Positions 1 to 13,188 of a stretch of 64,000 nt of DNA are shown here, in pieces. Both the position numbers and the translations under genes were made by a program. Each line of letters starts with the position of its first letter. Position 1 is the first letter of the stretch. This DNA comes from Octopus sinensis (taxonomy: Eukaryota), in assembly GCF_006345805.1 (NCBI RefSeq), contig NC_043009.1, forward strand, positions 32,178,001 through 32,242,000, in the 5' to 3' direction. Below the pieces are notes generated by a model, which did no database searches, was not told the origin of the DNA, and saw nothing but the letters and a program-made list of their open reading frames with translations.

Positions 1-227
1 AGAAAAAAAGAAGAAGAAGAAGAAGAAGAAGAAGAAGAAGAAAAAGAAAAGGAAGAAGAAGAAGAAGAAAAAGAAGAAGAAAAAGAAAAAGAAGAAGAAG
101 AAAAATAAGAAAAAGAAGAAGAAGAAGAAGAAGAAGAAGAAAAAGAAGAAGAAGAAGAAAAAGAAGAAGAAAAAGAAGAAAAAGAAGAAAAAGAAGAAGA
201 AGAAGAAGCAGAAGAAGAAGAAGAAGA
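1..227. repeat. (GAA)n/(AAAAAG) purine microsatellite
   Basis: Direct reading; runs off the window start. Confidence 0.97.
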
Positions 228-2818
228 ATGCAGTGGAACCAGCAATATTACCATTATTTCTATCTTCCACATAATTGTCCTTGTTGGTGTCGCTATTATC
301 ATTTATGGTGCTAGACTTTCTCCTCAGAATTTACATTAAGCTCCAGTATTTATTCTCTTAAATTAACAATTAAGTAAACAAATTAATTATTCATTTATTT
401 TATTCACTAAATTAAACAGATCAGTGTAAAAAAGAAAACGTACCTAAAAAACACTCTTTAGACTCATCATTATCTTAAATTAAATATTAATTAAACAAAT
501 CAATAATTTATTTTCTGTTATCAAATAAAACAACGATCAATATCAAATTTATTATCAAACTGAACAGTTTTGATTCTTCTTCTTCTCATTTATCTTATAG
601 AGAAGCAGACCAACAAAATATACCTTTAAAGAAAATGTTGGTCGAAGAAAACTAATAACGTGCCAAAAATAACAGAGGATTTGTGAGCGTAAATTTGAAA
701 TATTAAAAACAATAGCAATAAGTGAAGTTAAAACAGATGAATGATTAATATTGGCTAATTCTGCAAAATCTAAGACTCACTTTGCGGGAAGCCACTACAG
801 GGTCACTTGATCTGTTTGTTATAGCAACCAAATCTCCCTCAAATTAACGCACAGTCTCACACTTTCATTAAAGAAAGAATATAAATGATAATGTAAGGCA
901 ACATAAACACTATAAATAGGATGGTCATGACTGGACTTCCTTTGATTGTATGTTGCCATATATTTAGACGAGTGTATCACTGAGGCAGGTATCAATGCTT
1001 CAAAGGCAACGACCATTTTTATGTTATTTTAGCTGTTTCTTTTTGAAACAGCGCAATAATAGACATGAGAATTATAATCTTTTTAACAAGTAACATATTC
1101 TATCATAAACAGTCTATTTACTTCACAAAAAGTTAGAATCCAAAAAAACAAATTTGATGGCAAGAAAAGAAATGTCATTGGAAAAAAATTATTACGAAAT
1201 TGCACTTTATGTTTCTGCACATTCTGGGACTTCCATATTTATTAAATTCCTAAAGGTTAAATATTTCTGCTTGAGAGATTAATATATTTCCAGGCTTGTT
1301 TTCGTACTTAGCCACACAACTAATCTTAAAGAATACAGGTTAACTAAAACAATGCTAAATGCATTCAGGATGTAAGAACATCTAAAACGTGTTGATAGAA
1401 CTTGAATTGTTGTCATCTGATTAGAATAATCTTGCAATGATCCATGTCTGCTGCACATGGTAAGATCTGAATATGTTATATAATGAGTTGAAAAAATTCT
1501 TGATTAATTGAAATTTTCCCTTCAATAAGTGACGGTACACAATGGTAATTTTGCTTTCACATCCAGAAGGGTGCTCCTACTACAGTACCGCATCCTAGAC
1601 TGCCTCAAAAAAGTCACTCTAGTGACTGGCATTAAACCACTCACAGACACATTCCAGCTTCTGGCATACAGTTATGTTGTCTTTCATTTTACATTTTCTC
1701 TTCCGACAATGATGGCCCCAATTCCTCAGTACTGGTTGATTTCACTACCTCTTGTCAAATTTATTGCGTCCAAATCATAGGTATTGTACTAATCACTAGA
1801 ACTCCCTGCATTAGAAATCAGTGCATCAGGAGCCAGTTATTCTAAATTACAAAAAACAAAAAAGATTCTGCGCCCTGTTAAATACAACCAAATATCCGAA
1901 GGTTGACAGTATATCTGTAAATGGCAGAAATTTATTTAGTTGTGTATGTGCATATAAACATGTATAGACTCATGCCTACACACGTGTATACACTGGTGTG
2001 TGTGCGTGTGCAAAATTTAGTTGAACATTTTGGTTCAACTCTTTTTTCTAACAGAGTCAATTTAATTTTAAATCTGTTGTAAACATAATAAACATTGCTT
2101 GACGTAAATAACTCTTACACAGAATACAATTCATATATTTGAATTTTACATCATAAATTTCAACTTACATCATAAATTCACATCATAAATTTCAAGAGAA
2201 ATATTGGAAAATGGACATGACATTAAGAAAAGAAATTCTAAAAATACCCTCATATTCTTTACAGAAATTCCTCTGCTATCAGGCGAAGTCATTGTAATAG
2301 CAATGAAAATACATTGGGTCATTTTTATATTTTATACTTGCTGAATAATGGAATGAAGACCTATGTCAAAAAGTTAGGACATGTAGAAGATAAATTCTTA
2401 AACTTATCATATTTTAACTGTCTGTATTTCTGAGATGGGTTATTAATATGAAAATTGAAATATTTCGAATTATTAATCTTATCACTTGAATATGATTGAA
2501 AACCAAACCAATTGAACACTAGTGTAGAAGAGCAATATTCAAAACTGATGAGAAGTTCTAAGTCGTGAATCCTTCCGTCCTTCTATTCCGCCATCTAAAG
2601 TATCAGACATGTGCCGTGCAAAGGTGTTATGATGATTAACCTTCAACATTTGACTAAGTTATTTCCAACTAAATATACGAGGATTAACGAAAGCTAAACG
2701 TGCTCTTGTATATAATCACACACACACACGTGCAGATACACCAAAATACATACATACATATATTTATATTTATGTATATATCTATACAATCAAGCACACA
2801 CAAATATGTGTGTGTATA

Positions 2819-2826
2819 TCTATCTG

Positions 2827-2908
<82 letters not shown>

Positions 2909-2985
2909 CATCCATCTATCCATCCATCCATCCATCCATCCATCCATCCATCCATCCATCCATCTATCTATCTATCTATCTATCT
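2819..2985. repeat. (TATC)n/(TCCA)n tetranucleotide microsatellite
   Basis: Direct reading; explains the YLSI/HPSI ORFs. Confidence 0.97.
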
Positions 2986-3184
2986 TATTTTTTTAATTTA
3001 ATTTTATTTTATTTATTTTATTTTTTTTTGTTCTTTTCTTCCCTTTTACGATCCCTCTTGATCGAAAACCTACGCCACCCCCCTTTTTTTCTTTTGTTTT
3101 TTGTTTTTTTCATCCCCCAAAAGAAAAGCTCTACCTTGTAACTTGTCCCATCCGTGTGCAGCCCTGTGTGGCCAATAAAGAAAC

Positions 3185-3185
<1 letters not shown>

Positions 3186-3282
<97 letters not shown>

Positions 3283-3320
3283 CTCTCTCTCTCTCCATAT
3301 ATATATATATATATATATAC
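3186..3320. repeat. (TATC)n-(TC)n-(TA)n compound microsatellite
   Basis: Direct reading. Confidence 0.95.
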
Positions 3321-3506
3321 ACATACAATCCTCAGAGGTCAACAGCGTATTGTGCGTGTGTTTGGAAAATTTAAGTAATCTAATTGTGGGTCGTCAACTA
3401 ATAATAAACATATATACTCCACGCAGTATACCGAGTCTTGTATACATACATACATACATACATACATACATACATACATACATACATACATGCACACGCA
3501 CAAAAT

Positions 3507-3664
3507 TTACGGAATGGAGTAGACAAAATCCGGCCTACATATATATCATAGAGATCGGAACTTCGGAAGTAGTAAAAATCCATGCGAGGTGATTTTAACC
3601 ACTTCTGAGGTCCCGCTCGCTATGAAACATATGTAGCCCAGATCTTGTCTACTCCATTCCGTAA
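3507..3664. repeat. ~75 bp-arm inverted repeat with a ~10 nt spacer (MITE- or TIR-derived)
   Basis: ttacggaatggagtagacaa...gaagtagtaaaaatc (3507-3580) versus the reverse complement of gattttaaccacttc...ttgtctactccattccgtaa (3591-3664); scattered mismatches. Confidence 0.8.
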
Positions 3665-3876
3665 CTCTTATATTTTTATTCGCACACCCGGCAACCCTGG
3701 TTGCCTACCGTCAAATGTAAAAAGACCTTTTTTCAGCTTATCGTACTTCGATACGAAAAAAATCCCACAATCTTCCGTCTCGATAAACCACTCTTGTCCC
3801 TGAAAGTTGTTTTTCTATAGTTACTACGGTTTGCCTGAGGCTAACTTTCTTCTTACACCTCGATCTTAGATCTTAC

Positions 3877-3915
<39 letters not shown>

Positions 3916-3992
3916 TAAGCACATAAATGCAAAACAAAGTGGAAAAATAGTACTCGAATACCAAAAGTAGAGCAATATGCTTTTTTACGAGA

Positions 3993-4117
3993 GCTGTAAA
4001 AGCATCACAAAAAACTGTTGCTCTGAGTTTCAAGTTTCCTTTCGACGGATCAGTTCTGATCACAGCTCTCCGAAACGTGAAAATCAGAGTAGAAGGTTTT
4101 TGTGATTGCTTTACAGC
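3993..4117. repeat. 125 bp imperfect hairpin (MITE-like)
   Basis: Nested inverted pairs gctgtaaaagcatcacaaaaaac / gtttttgtgattgctttacagc, ctctgagtttca / tgaaaatcagag and gtttc / gaaac, with an inner gatcag-tt-ctgatc. Confidence 0.7.
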
Positions 4118-4130
4118 CTTAATATAAAAG

Positions 4131-4149
4131 TAGATAGATAGATAGATAT

Positions 4150-4238
<89 letters not shown>

Positions 4239-4240
4239 CA
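4131..4240. repeat. (GATA)n microsatellite
   Basis: Direct reading. Confidence 0.95.
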
Positions 4241-4333
4241 GATAAGCAGATAGATAGGTACACATGTATAAGCGCAGGAATGGCTATGTGGTAAGAAGCT
4301 TAGATAAGCAGATAGATAGGTACACATGTATAA

Positions 4334-4605
4334 GCGCAGGAATGGCTATGTGGTAAGAAGCTTGATTTCCAACCACATCATTCCAGGTCCTGTCCCACTG
4401 CGTGGCACGTTAGGCAAGTCTTCTACTATAGTCTCGGGCCAATCAAAGTATGTTTACATCCCCGTAACTTAGCAGTTCGGTGAAAGAGATCAATATAATA
4501 AGTACTAGGCTTACAAAGAATAAGTCTTGGGGTTGATTTATTCAACTAAAGGTGTGGCTCCAGCACGGCCTCAGTCAGATGACTTGAAACAAGTGAACGA
4601 AAAAA
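4334..4605 (+). mobile_element. tRNA-derived SINE, family A, internally deleted; 62 bp 5' tandem duplication at 4240-4363
   Basis: Head ggctatgtggtaagaagctt and tail ctccagcacggcc...tgacttgaaacaag match the copies at 35.4, 36.3, 38.3 and 39.7 kb; the central microsatellite part is missing. Confidence 0.85.
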
Positions 4606-4948
4606 ACGATGAAATATACATACACACACTCACACGCACACACAGACACATATATATATATGTATCTGTGTTGTACCTGTTTATGTGTATGAGTATATAT
4701 ATGTATAAATGTGTGTACATAGAGGATATATATATATATATATATATATATACTTTATTTGATAGCAGCAGAAATTCAACAAAACCTATTACTCGGAGTT
4801 TCACGTTCCCGTTCGTCGGACAGTTTTGTTAACATATGACACTAAGGTTTTGTTGAATTTCTACTGCTTTTAAATAAAGCATATTACTCTACCCCTGGTA
4901 TTTGAGTACTCTTTTTTCCACCTTGTTTCACATTTATCTGTTTACTCC

Positions 4949-4992
<44 letters not shown>

Positions 4993-6549
4993 ATATGCGT
5001 ACACACATAGATGTGCACATTTGTGTGCGTGCTTATGCAGTTATACGGAAATATGTATCTATACATTACTTATGTATCACTAGACGTACTTATATACGAA
5101 AATAAATAACTATACAGGCAGATATTCGCACACATACATGACATAAACGAACGAACGAGAGAGAGAGAAAGAAACGTGAGCTAAGTAAAGTACATTGTGA
5201 TATGTATATATATGTATATATATATATATATATATACATATATATACATTTATATATATATATACATATATGTATATATATGTGTATATATATATGCATA
5301 TATATGCATATATATACATATATATATATACATATATACATATATATATGTATATATATATACATACATACATATACATTTATATATATACATATATATA
5401 TATACATAGATATATATATATGCATGCATAGTTGATTAGTTACTCAAACACATTGGCATATATGCATACAGCAATATTAGCATATAGTTGTGTATGTGCA
5501 TATGCACTTAAGTGTGTACACATGCATCTAGGCGAATACATGTCTACGTTTAGAAAGCCGGTATAAATTTAGCAGATTAAAAATAAATAGTAAAAATAGA
5601 AGCGAGAGGATATGTATCTGGTGTAAAGAACATAAATAGAGGAGGAAGGGAAAATTGACAACGAAGGGGAAAGGAAGAGTTCAACAAAGGGAGCGCAATC
5701 ATACAACAGCGTTTACACTATACAAACATATACAAAAGTGTTCCTGTAACTAACATATATATATATATATACGTGCTTATATGTGTGTGTGTTTGTGTAT
5801 AAGAGATGTATTGGCGAGAGAGCTTGTACATAAGTGTATAAAAACTCAGTACTACTTAGTGATTTCAAAGTACCCCAATATTTTATGGAAATAAGCTTTC
5901 AAATATTCGCCATATTAATGTAAAGTCTTCATATAAAAGGAAAGCAATTTAATCCATTGTTTTCAGTATAGTTATTCAAAAGCCACTTAAGTAGAGAAAC
6001 ATGCAAGTGCACATTATATATGTCTGCATATATGTGCCTCCATTCCTGTGATTGGTTGTTTATATTGGTTGATTTATATGTGTGTATTTGAAAATATGTT
6101 TGAATATATATTTACACTTGTTTATAAGAATATCACGTAATAGTCAGCCTATAACAGGTTTAATATACTTAATATACACAGGATGCTTGCCTGTCTTATT
6201 GCATATACAGGCTTCCATATGTGCTTGGCAATCTGTTTATCAACCTACAAATCTATATGTCATTAGGGTATTCCTGAAACTGCATTCATTCTCACACACA
6301 CAAAACAACACATACACTCACACACACACACTCACATACACTCATAAGGTATATGTAAGCTTGTTTGCATATATATATATATTATATATATATATATACA
6401 CACATATATATATACATATATATATACGTATATATATATATGTATATGTATATATATGTATATATATATGTATATAAATATACATATATATATATATATA
6501 TGTATATATATATGTATATATATATATATATATTATATATATATATATC

Positions 6550-6649
<100 letters not shown>

Positions 6650-6881
6650 ATAGAAAGCGAAAGGAGACAGAAAGAGGAGAGAGAGGAACTGAAACAGACA
6701 ATTTCTTCCATTTGCACATACATATACACATTAATATGCGTGTACGCTGCTTGTTCGCATGCATTTTTGAGTATGTAGACACACACATATATACGTATTT
6801 ATAAAGGATGATATTTAGGTATATGTATGTATATGGTAATAAATATGAATGTTTAAAACGTAAGTTGAGGTCGCTGAATAC

Positions 6882-6982
6882 CTCAAGAAGAATTTATATT
6901 TGCCGCAGATTGGTAATTTCCGCCGTTGTTGCTCAGAGTGCCACACACTTATGGCGTGTACGTGTGCTCTGCCAAACTGTAA
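6882..6982 (-). CDS. candidate internal exon LQFGRAHVHAISVWHSEQQRRKLPICGKYKFFL
   Basis: ttcattgcag acceptor and AG|gtattc donor, one open frame, GC above flanks; no recognisable homology. Confidence 0.2.
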
Positions 6983-8070
6983 CTGCAATGAATTAGACTC
7001 TTTCCGTTGGTTGTTGTGAGGAATTTTCAACACACAAACACACACATACACACGTACACACTCATACACACGCACGCACACACAAACATAAATACATATA
7101 CACACGCATATAAATATACACACTCACACACACGCATTCTTCTACATTCATAAATATACAAAGACACACACACACATATATAAACATAGGTGTCCTTCAC
7201 TGAGTCAAAGAGAATATTTGATGTGCGCGTACTTGGTCATATTTGAAGCTTTCTCCAATGTCCCAAGACTATTCCTAAATTTACAGAATAGACCACGGTT
7301 CCCTAATGTTTCTAACAAGTAACACAAATGCAAGATATAGCAATAACAAAGAATAGTGTCCTAAACAAACGAGCCAGCATCAAATATAACTTTACTTGCT
7401 CGTCTTTTGTCAGATCGATTCAAATAATTCTAAGAGCGTCGTACAAATGAGCTCGGTGATTGCTACAGACTTTGTGTATCGAGTTCAATTTCGATTCGAC
7501 TCAATTCTGCTTTGAAGCTCACAGTATCGATGAATAAAGTATTAATCATTCATTGTCGTCAGTCCTTCCCCACTCCCTGTCTGTCTTCCTCTTTCAAAAC
7601 TGTTTGTGCTGCACTGTGAATGGCTTGTGAGTGATGGCTCACTGAATCTGTCGCTTCAATATGTTCGGAGTTCGAGCTAGAGCCCTGAAATCTCTATACA
7701 CGTCCCATATGCTACAAAATCCGTTTAAGATATGAGAGATTATGACAGTCATGGAAGGACCGATATGCTGTATGGCACGGAATGGTTACAATAAAAAGTA
7801 TATTTAGTGTTCTGTCCTGTTTTTCTTATCATTTTAATATAAATATTAATGATACATTATTACATCACATGTATGAAGCTATTTTATATCCACTGCATCT
7901 TTTTACAGAACCAAGCAAAGATAGAATTGGCGTAGTAAAATAGCTGCAGTATCAGTTTTATTTCTGGATAGTTTCAAAGTATGGGAAGATTTTCCAATCA
8001 GCTTTAACAAAAGCTGAGGAATTTTATCCGCCACGCAATGATAAAGCCAGTCCTCTGCAAAACTTTAGAC

Positions 8071-8147
<77 letters not shown>

Positions 8148-9847
8148 AGTGTGTGTGTGTATGTGTATGTGTGTGTGTGTATATATATATATGCACATAC
8201 ACACACACATATATTAAAACACAAAAGAAAGAGATGGAACAGAAAATCAGATGTAAAACGTCAGACTCCCATGCTCTGTATTCCAATCCATCAAACTATG
8301 CATGATGAAGTATGCAGCAAAATTCTAATCCAGCATGGATCATTAAATATATAAAGTGGTGGACTGACAGAACATTCATGAAGAAGCAATTTATTTTATT
8401 CTGCTACAGATCAGCTGAAAGGTATTTCTGACTAAAGCATATCAATAAAAATATGAACAGAAAATATTTCAGATGTATATACAGAGAAGTTTTTCATGGG
8501 TGTATATAGAAATAAAAATGCATATATTTCATCCATGCCAGTCTTCTCAAGCTGGAGCAAAGGTGCAAAAGCAATTACTATCTATATTTCTAGCAGGGTT
8601 ATCGTTTGCAATAGCAGAGGGCAGAGCATCCCGCTAAAGGGGATGAAGATGTTGCTACTGGAGGAAGATAGTGATGATTGAATAAGTAAATGATAAGGAA
8701 GAATATAGAAACATATGAAAAAGTGTGTTTTTTTTTTATTTTGCTTGAAGAAAAAGAAACAAAATAGCGGGAATAATTTCTTCCAATTAAATTGCTACAT
8801 TTAATGTAAATTAGTAATAATAATTTCCGGTAAAATGTGTGTAACAAATTTAGACTGAATAACATATGTTTTCTCCTGAAATGCATTGATATATCTTCAG
8901 AATAAATTGTACTACTCATTTCGTTCTTATATTATTTTTTATTTTATTTTCTTCACTTTAAATTTGATAAATGGATTTGAAATTATTCAATTTGCCAATA
9001 ATAACAACTTTTCCAAACATTAGTTTGAATACTTCTACTTTACCTTCACTACAATTAAAAACGATTAAATTTCCTTGAAATCCGTCGAGGTTAAATGAAC
9101 AAAGTTCTTCACATCTATTATTCTTCGCATTCAAATCATTCTACATAGAATGGCTCAAATCATTCTATCTAGAAATACTTTCTTCTTTCACTTAGCTGTC
9201 ACTTTTATTTCATTTTTCTGGTTTTTTGAAAATTTTCTACAATTTCAAATTCCTTAAATGAATGAGCTTTCAAAATATATTTATTTATCACTTCTTTTCT
9301 TTTATTAATTTAATTTTTGTCCAAATGGTGGAATTATTTCATTGACTGACAAAATTAGATATTGGAAACATGATTATAGAATTAATTTTCAATTGGGAAA
9401 GAAAAAATGCTTATTTGTTATTCCAGCTTTTAATTATAACCATTAAAATTGGCTGACATATAAACTATTTTTCCGCTGAGATTACTTTACCCTTCATTAA
9501 AGTTTTCTTCTGAGCTGTTTAATTAAACATTGATTAGAAAAATTTGCATTTCATTTTCTCAATTCCTACCCAGCTTCGTCTTAGTATTTCGGGAGTGGCG
9601 ATTAAGAAATGTATTGCAGAAAAATTTATCAGTAGTAGTAACAGTAAAGAGGAACAGTAACAGAAGCGTTTGAATAGTTGAATGTGTGGGGAATGACGGC
9701 AATTGTATTGTGATTTATCGATGGTAGTTTGTGAGTAGAAATATCAGTGGAACGGAAATGTAGTTGAGAAAGAAAGGAAAAGACTATCACTAAAAGTTTT
9801 GTTTCTTGTTGAGCATTTATTTCCTAAACAATATATTTTTTATATTT

Positions 9848-10056
9848 CTTAAAGTGGTTAGGCACCAAGCAGGCAGAATCATTACTGCGCCGGACCATAT
9901 GTTTAGAGGCATTTTCTCTGTCTTTAAGTTATGAATTGAAATATCGCTGAAGTCGACTTTGCCGTTCATCCTTTTGGGATTATATCGACCCCAGTGGAGC
10001 ACTGGGGTCGATATAATCTTCCAAAATTGCTGGCCTTGGGTCAAAACTTGAAAGTA
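9848..10056 (-). mobile_element. SINE family B (…atcgaccccagtg…ggatgaaaggcaaagtcgac…)
   Basis: Reverse complement matches the copies at 26.9, 27.3 and 51.9 kb. Confidence 0.8.
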
Positions 10057-10202
10057 ATAATTCTTAAAATGGTGGATTGGTTGAATCGTCAATTCAGCGA
10101 ACAAAATAACTTGTGATGCTTAGTTACAACCTTTTGACACTGAGTTCAAATTATGTTGAGAACAATTTTGCCGTTCATCATTTTGAGGTCAATAAATAAG
10201 TA

Positions 10203-10700
10203 CCGTAAATCCTCGTGTATAATCCGCATTTTTTTCCAAAATTTAAAGGTCAAAATCCCTAGTGCGTACTATATACGAGGTTAAAAATGAAAAATATTTT
10301 CTAAGCAATGTCCGAGTCTCTATTTGCTGTCTGGCAATGTTTATTCAGACGCATTTTGTGATGTCGAGCGCGAAAATACCTTAAGCTAAGCCTGAAAGCA
10401 ATGAAGTCATAAAAGAATAATCCATAACTTGCAGTAAGCAACATTTATTAAAATAAAAGTATTCAGAACACAGAATAACATGTAACAAAAACAATTTGCA
10501 AACATATTTACATTCCCATTATTGTATTACGCATGCGCGGAAGTGTTTGTTCGACTAGGTGCTGCTGGCTTAATTACGCACGACTCAGGTTAGAGAAGTG
10601 GTGCGTATTATACACAAGGTTTAGGTTTTTCAGAGGTAGAACCCTCTAAATATCCCCTGCGTATCATACTCAAGGGTGGACTATACTCGAGGATTTACGG
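10203..10700. mobile_element. ~500 bp MITE, Tc1/mariner (Tc2/pogo-like), TA target duplication
   Basis: TA|ccgtaaatcctcgtgtataatcc ... ggactatactcgaggatttacgg|TA; ~23 bp TIR with 2 mismatches. Confidence 0.85.
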
Positions 10701-11039
10701 TACATGTTAAGTACTGACGTGTTGATATAATCAGACATTTCTAGCCTTGCACCTAAATACGAAACAATATTTTTAGGATGGTGTCTAGTTAATAAAAAAG
10801 TAAAAGATGCAAACATTTTGACGGATGTACATATTTCCATGATGAAAACCGAAGATACTAAAGTAAAGTGATGTTGTGCAAGTGTCTTTATGAGATCTCT
10901 TATCTTCCAGACAAGAAGCAAGTCCTTTTCTATATTCAGGGTTCACATGGAATTAATTGTTATATCATAAGAAGGTCAAGCAGATTCGAAACCGAATCGA
11001 CAAATTGCCAAATAAAAGTTACGACGCATTAACAACCAT

Positions 11040-11075
11040 TTCACGTGATCGGCCGATAAACTGACCAATCAGAAT
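11040..11075. promoter_or_regulatory. E-box (CACGTG) plus CCAAT box (TGACCAATCAG) in a locally CpG-rich patch
   Basis: Motifs seen directly; function not demonstrated and could belong to a TE. Confidence 0.25.
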
Positions 11076-12149
11076 CGAGCCATTACATGATGCAATCTCT
11101 TTCCAGGGTGTCGAAGACAACTGGGAGACGTGCGACCCCACTTTTGCCAGGGATATTTGCGCAGAGGCCGGCGGATTCATTTCACATATCTCACCTCAGG
11201 GTGTTGGAAATCGCAGCCATGTAAACCATATTCTCATTTTCAGCGTTTAACATTTGTTTTGATAATTTCTTATGCACTCGAGCAGAGCAGCTACGGTATT
11301 GCAGTCATGAATTTAGCATGATTTATCTACAGTTTTGACAGCGTATTCACACAACCCATTTAACCAACGGTTTGTCGTAGCTACAGACATGTCTTATTCA
11401 GTGTGTATGCTTTTGTTGTATCATTAATTCAAGACCAAAGATGGAAAATGTTTTGTGTGATGAATAAAGTTTTTGTTGATTGTTTACGAGTGTTGTAAAG
11501 CATTTATACGCAGCCAGAACCACTAGCACCGCCAAATCCTTCATTCAATGACCCACAGGATAATCGGTAACCACCTCGTGACGAAGGCATTAAATCAAAT
11601 TTGATTAGGTTTATTGAAGAACAATTACATTTATTATGAAAACCAAATTACAAATATTAAAGAAATATATACATGCGTGAAAAAAATATACCATAATGTA
11701 TCTAATTAGTTAACAATAAAGATCAGAAGCTTCTGTAAATATTAAATTTTGTACTAACCGACATTAGAAACGAATAAAATACATTATCTAGATCCAGTTA
11801 GATATAAAACTTACACCTTTATTTGAAAATATAAGAGAGAATACAAACTCGACCATACTGGATAATGAAGAACTTTAAAAAACTAAAAACACAATCGAGG
11901 ATAAGACTGATGTGCTACTGAACCTAAAGCTATGCTAAAGAACAGGTCACAAAGGTCAACATACCAACGACTACAGGAACGTCACAATAACAAGTTTATC
12001 TAAATAAGTATAGATATCAATCCTCGCTTTCTCCATTGGGAATCATAATGGCTTCGATGTCAAGCAGTTACATTCAGCTCCGTTGTTCATTAAATAGTGA
12101 AATGTAATACGTGAAGCACGCTCTACATGATAGAGTTCAGACGTTATGC

Positions 12150-12208
12150 GGGTGGAGTCTTCGACTTGAGGGTGGAGTCTTCGACTGAGGGTGGAGTCTT
12201 CGACTTGG
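12150..12208. repeat. 20 bp minisatellite x3 (gggtggagtcttcgacttga)
   Basis: Three near-identical head-to-tail copies. Confidence 0.9.
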
Positions 12209-12242
12209 CCTGAGCATGGACTCAAACCCAAATGAAATGAAA

Positions 12243-12276
<34 letters not shown>

Positions 12277-12474
12277 CAAATTACATATTCAAAAGCTGAA
12301 TTTGTCATCCCTGAAAGGCTGCATATTTAGGTGAACAACACGTGATTGTATATGATTGTATGTTCCTAAAACAGCTCACCATAGATATTTATGGCGTGAC
12401 ATATGGTCATTCACTTCTAGGATCGAAAGTTAATGAGTTGTACGACGAGTGACATGTGCATAATATGTCATTAT

Positions 12475-12945
12475 CGTTCGTCTGTCGTTGGCGACAATGG
12501 CCAAGAACATCACATGGAAGAAGATGACGGGGCACGGTGTGTCCGGCTGTAGCCTATCAGTCCGGTGTGTGCCCAGAAAGTCCTGCCGCTGGCCAAGCAC
12601 TGATCGTCTGCTGGGACTGAAGGCAGACGGTTGGCTCTGGACTTACACAGTTCGCATCTTCGTTGTGCCCCTGCATTCCTGTTTTTACGTAGGAGGTGGA
12701 ATTTCTGCTGGTACGCTTCACTAGGCAGGGAGGTCCAGTACATGTATTTCCGAGGTGTCGGGGTTGATCTCAAGGCTCTTTAGTGAGGCTTTGAGTGTGT
12801 CCACTTTGCGTGCGCCTGCTTTCCGCCAGTTCTCAGTGAAACAGTCTCTTGGAGAGGCTGGAGTAGGACATTCGCACAAGGTGCCTACCTGACTTGCCCT
12901 CTCCCCAGTTGTGTGTATGCATGGACCAAAACATGAAGGCCTTGT
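12475..12945 (-). mobile_element. RTE-clade LINE 3' fragment (decayed RT C-terminus, zinc-finger remnant, 3' UTR)
   Basis: Minus frames give GRHLVRMSYSSLSKRLFH*ELAESRRTQSG, DTLKASLKSLEINPDTSEIHVLD and SGRTFWAHTGLIGYSRTH, matching RTE motifs GHxVRM..RLPKxLFYGEL, KDTLKASLK and GRTF..H.RTH; frameshifted. Confidence 0.8.
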
Positions 12946-13102
12946 CAACTTAATCTTTACGATAAATTTGATCCTACTATCTGTATACACCAACGGTTAA
13001 TGCTAAATTGATATTTTAAAAAATTGAATGACATTACTTTCACACATACGCACACATATACACATATATATACACACATATATAATTATAATACATACAT
13101 GC

Positions 13103-13175
<73 letters not shown>

Positions 13176-13188
13176 AGAGAGAGAGAGA

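Noticed and set aside
1529-1850. 83 aa ORF in a slightly GC-richer patch
   Set aside because: No homology recognised; the minus-strand exon model has stops in all frames.
4050-4085. CTGATCA...GAAAC inside the 3993-4117 hairpin
   Set aside because: G8 is missing and stems II and III do not pair; kept only as a hairpin.
7900-8055. Minus-strand open frame DWLYHCVADKIPQLLLKL... after a tttgcag acceptor
   Set aside because: No convincing donor and no homology.
12150-12208. CRISPR-like interpretation of short repeats (also 45323-45573)
   Set aside because: No unique spacers and no cas genes; eukaryotic context.
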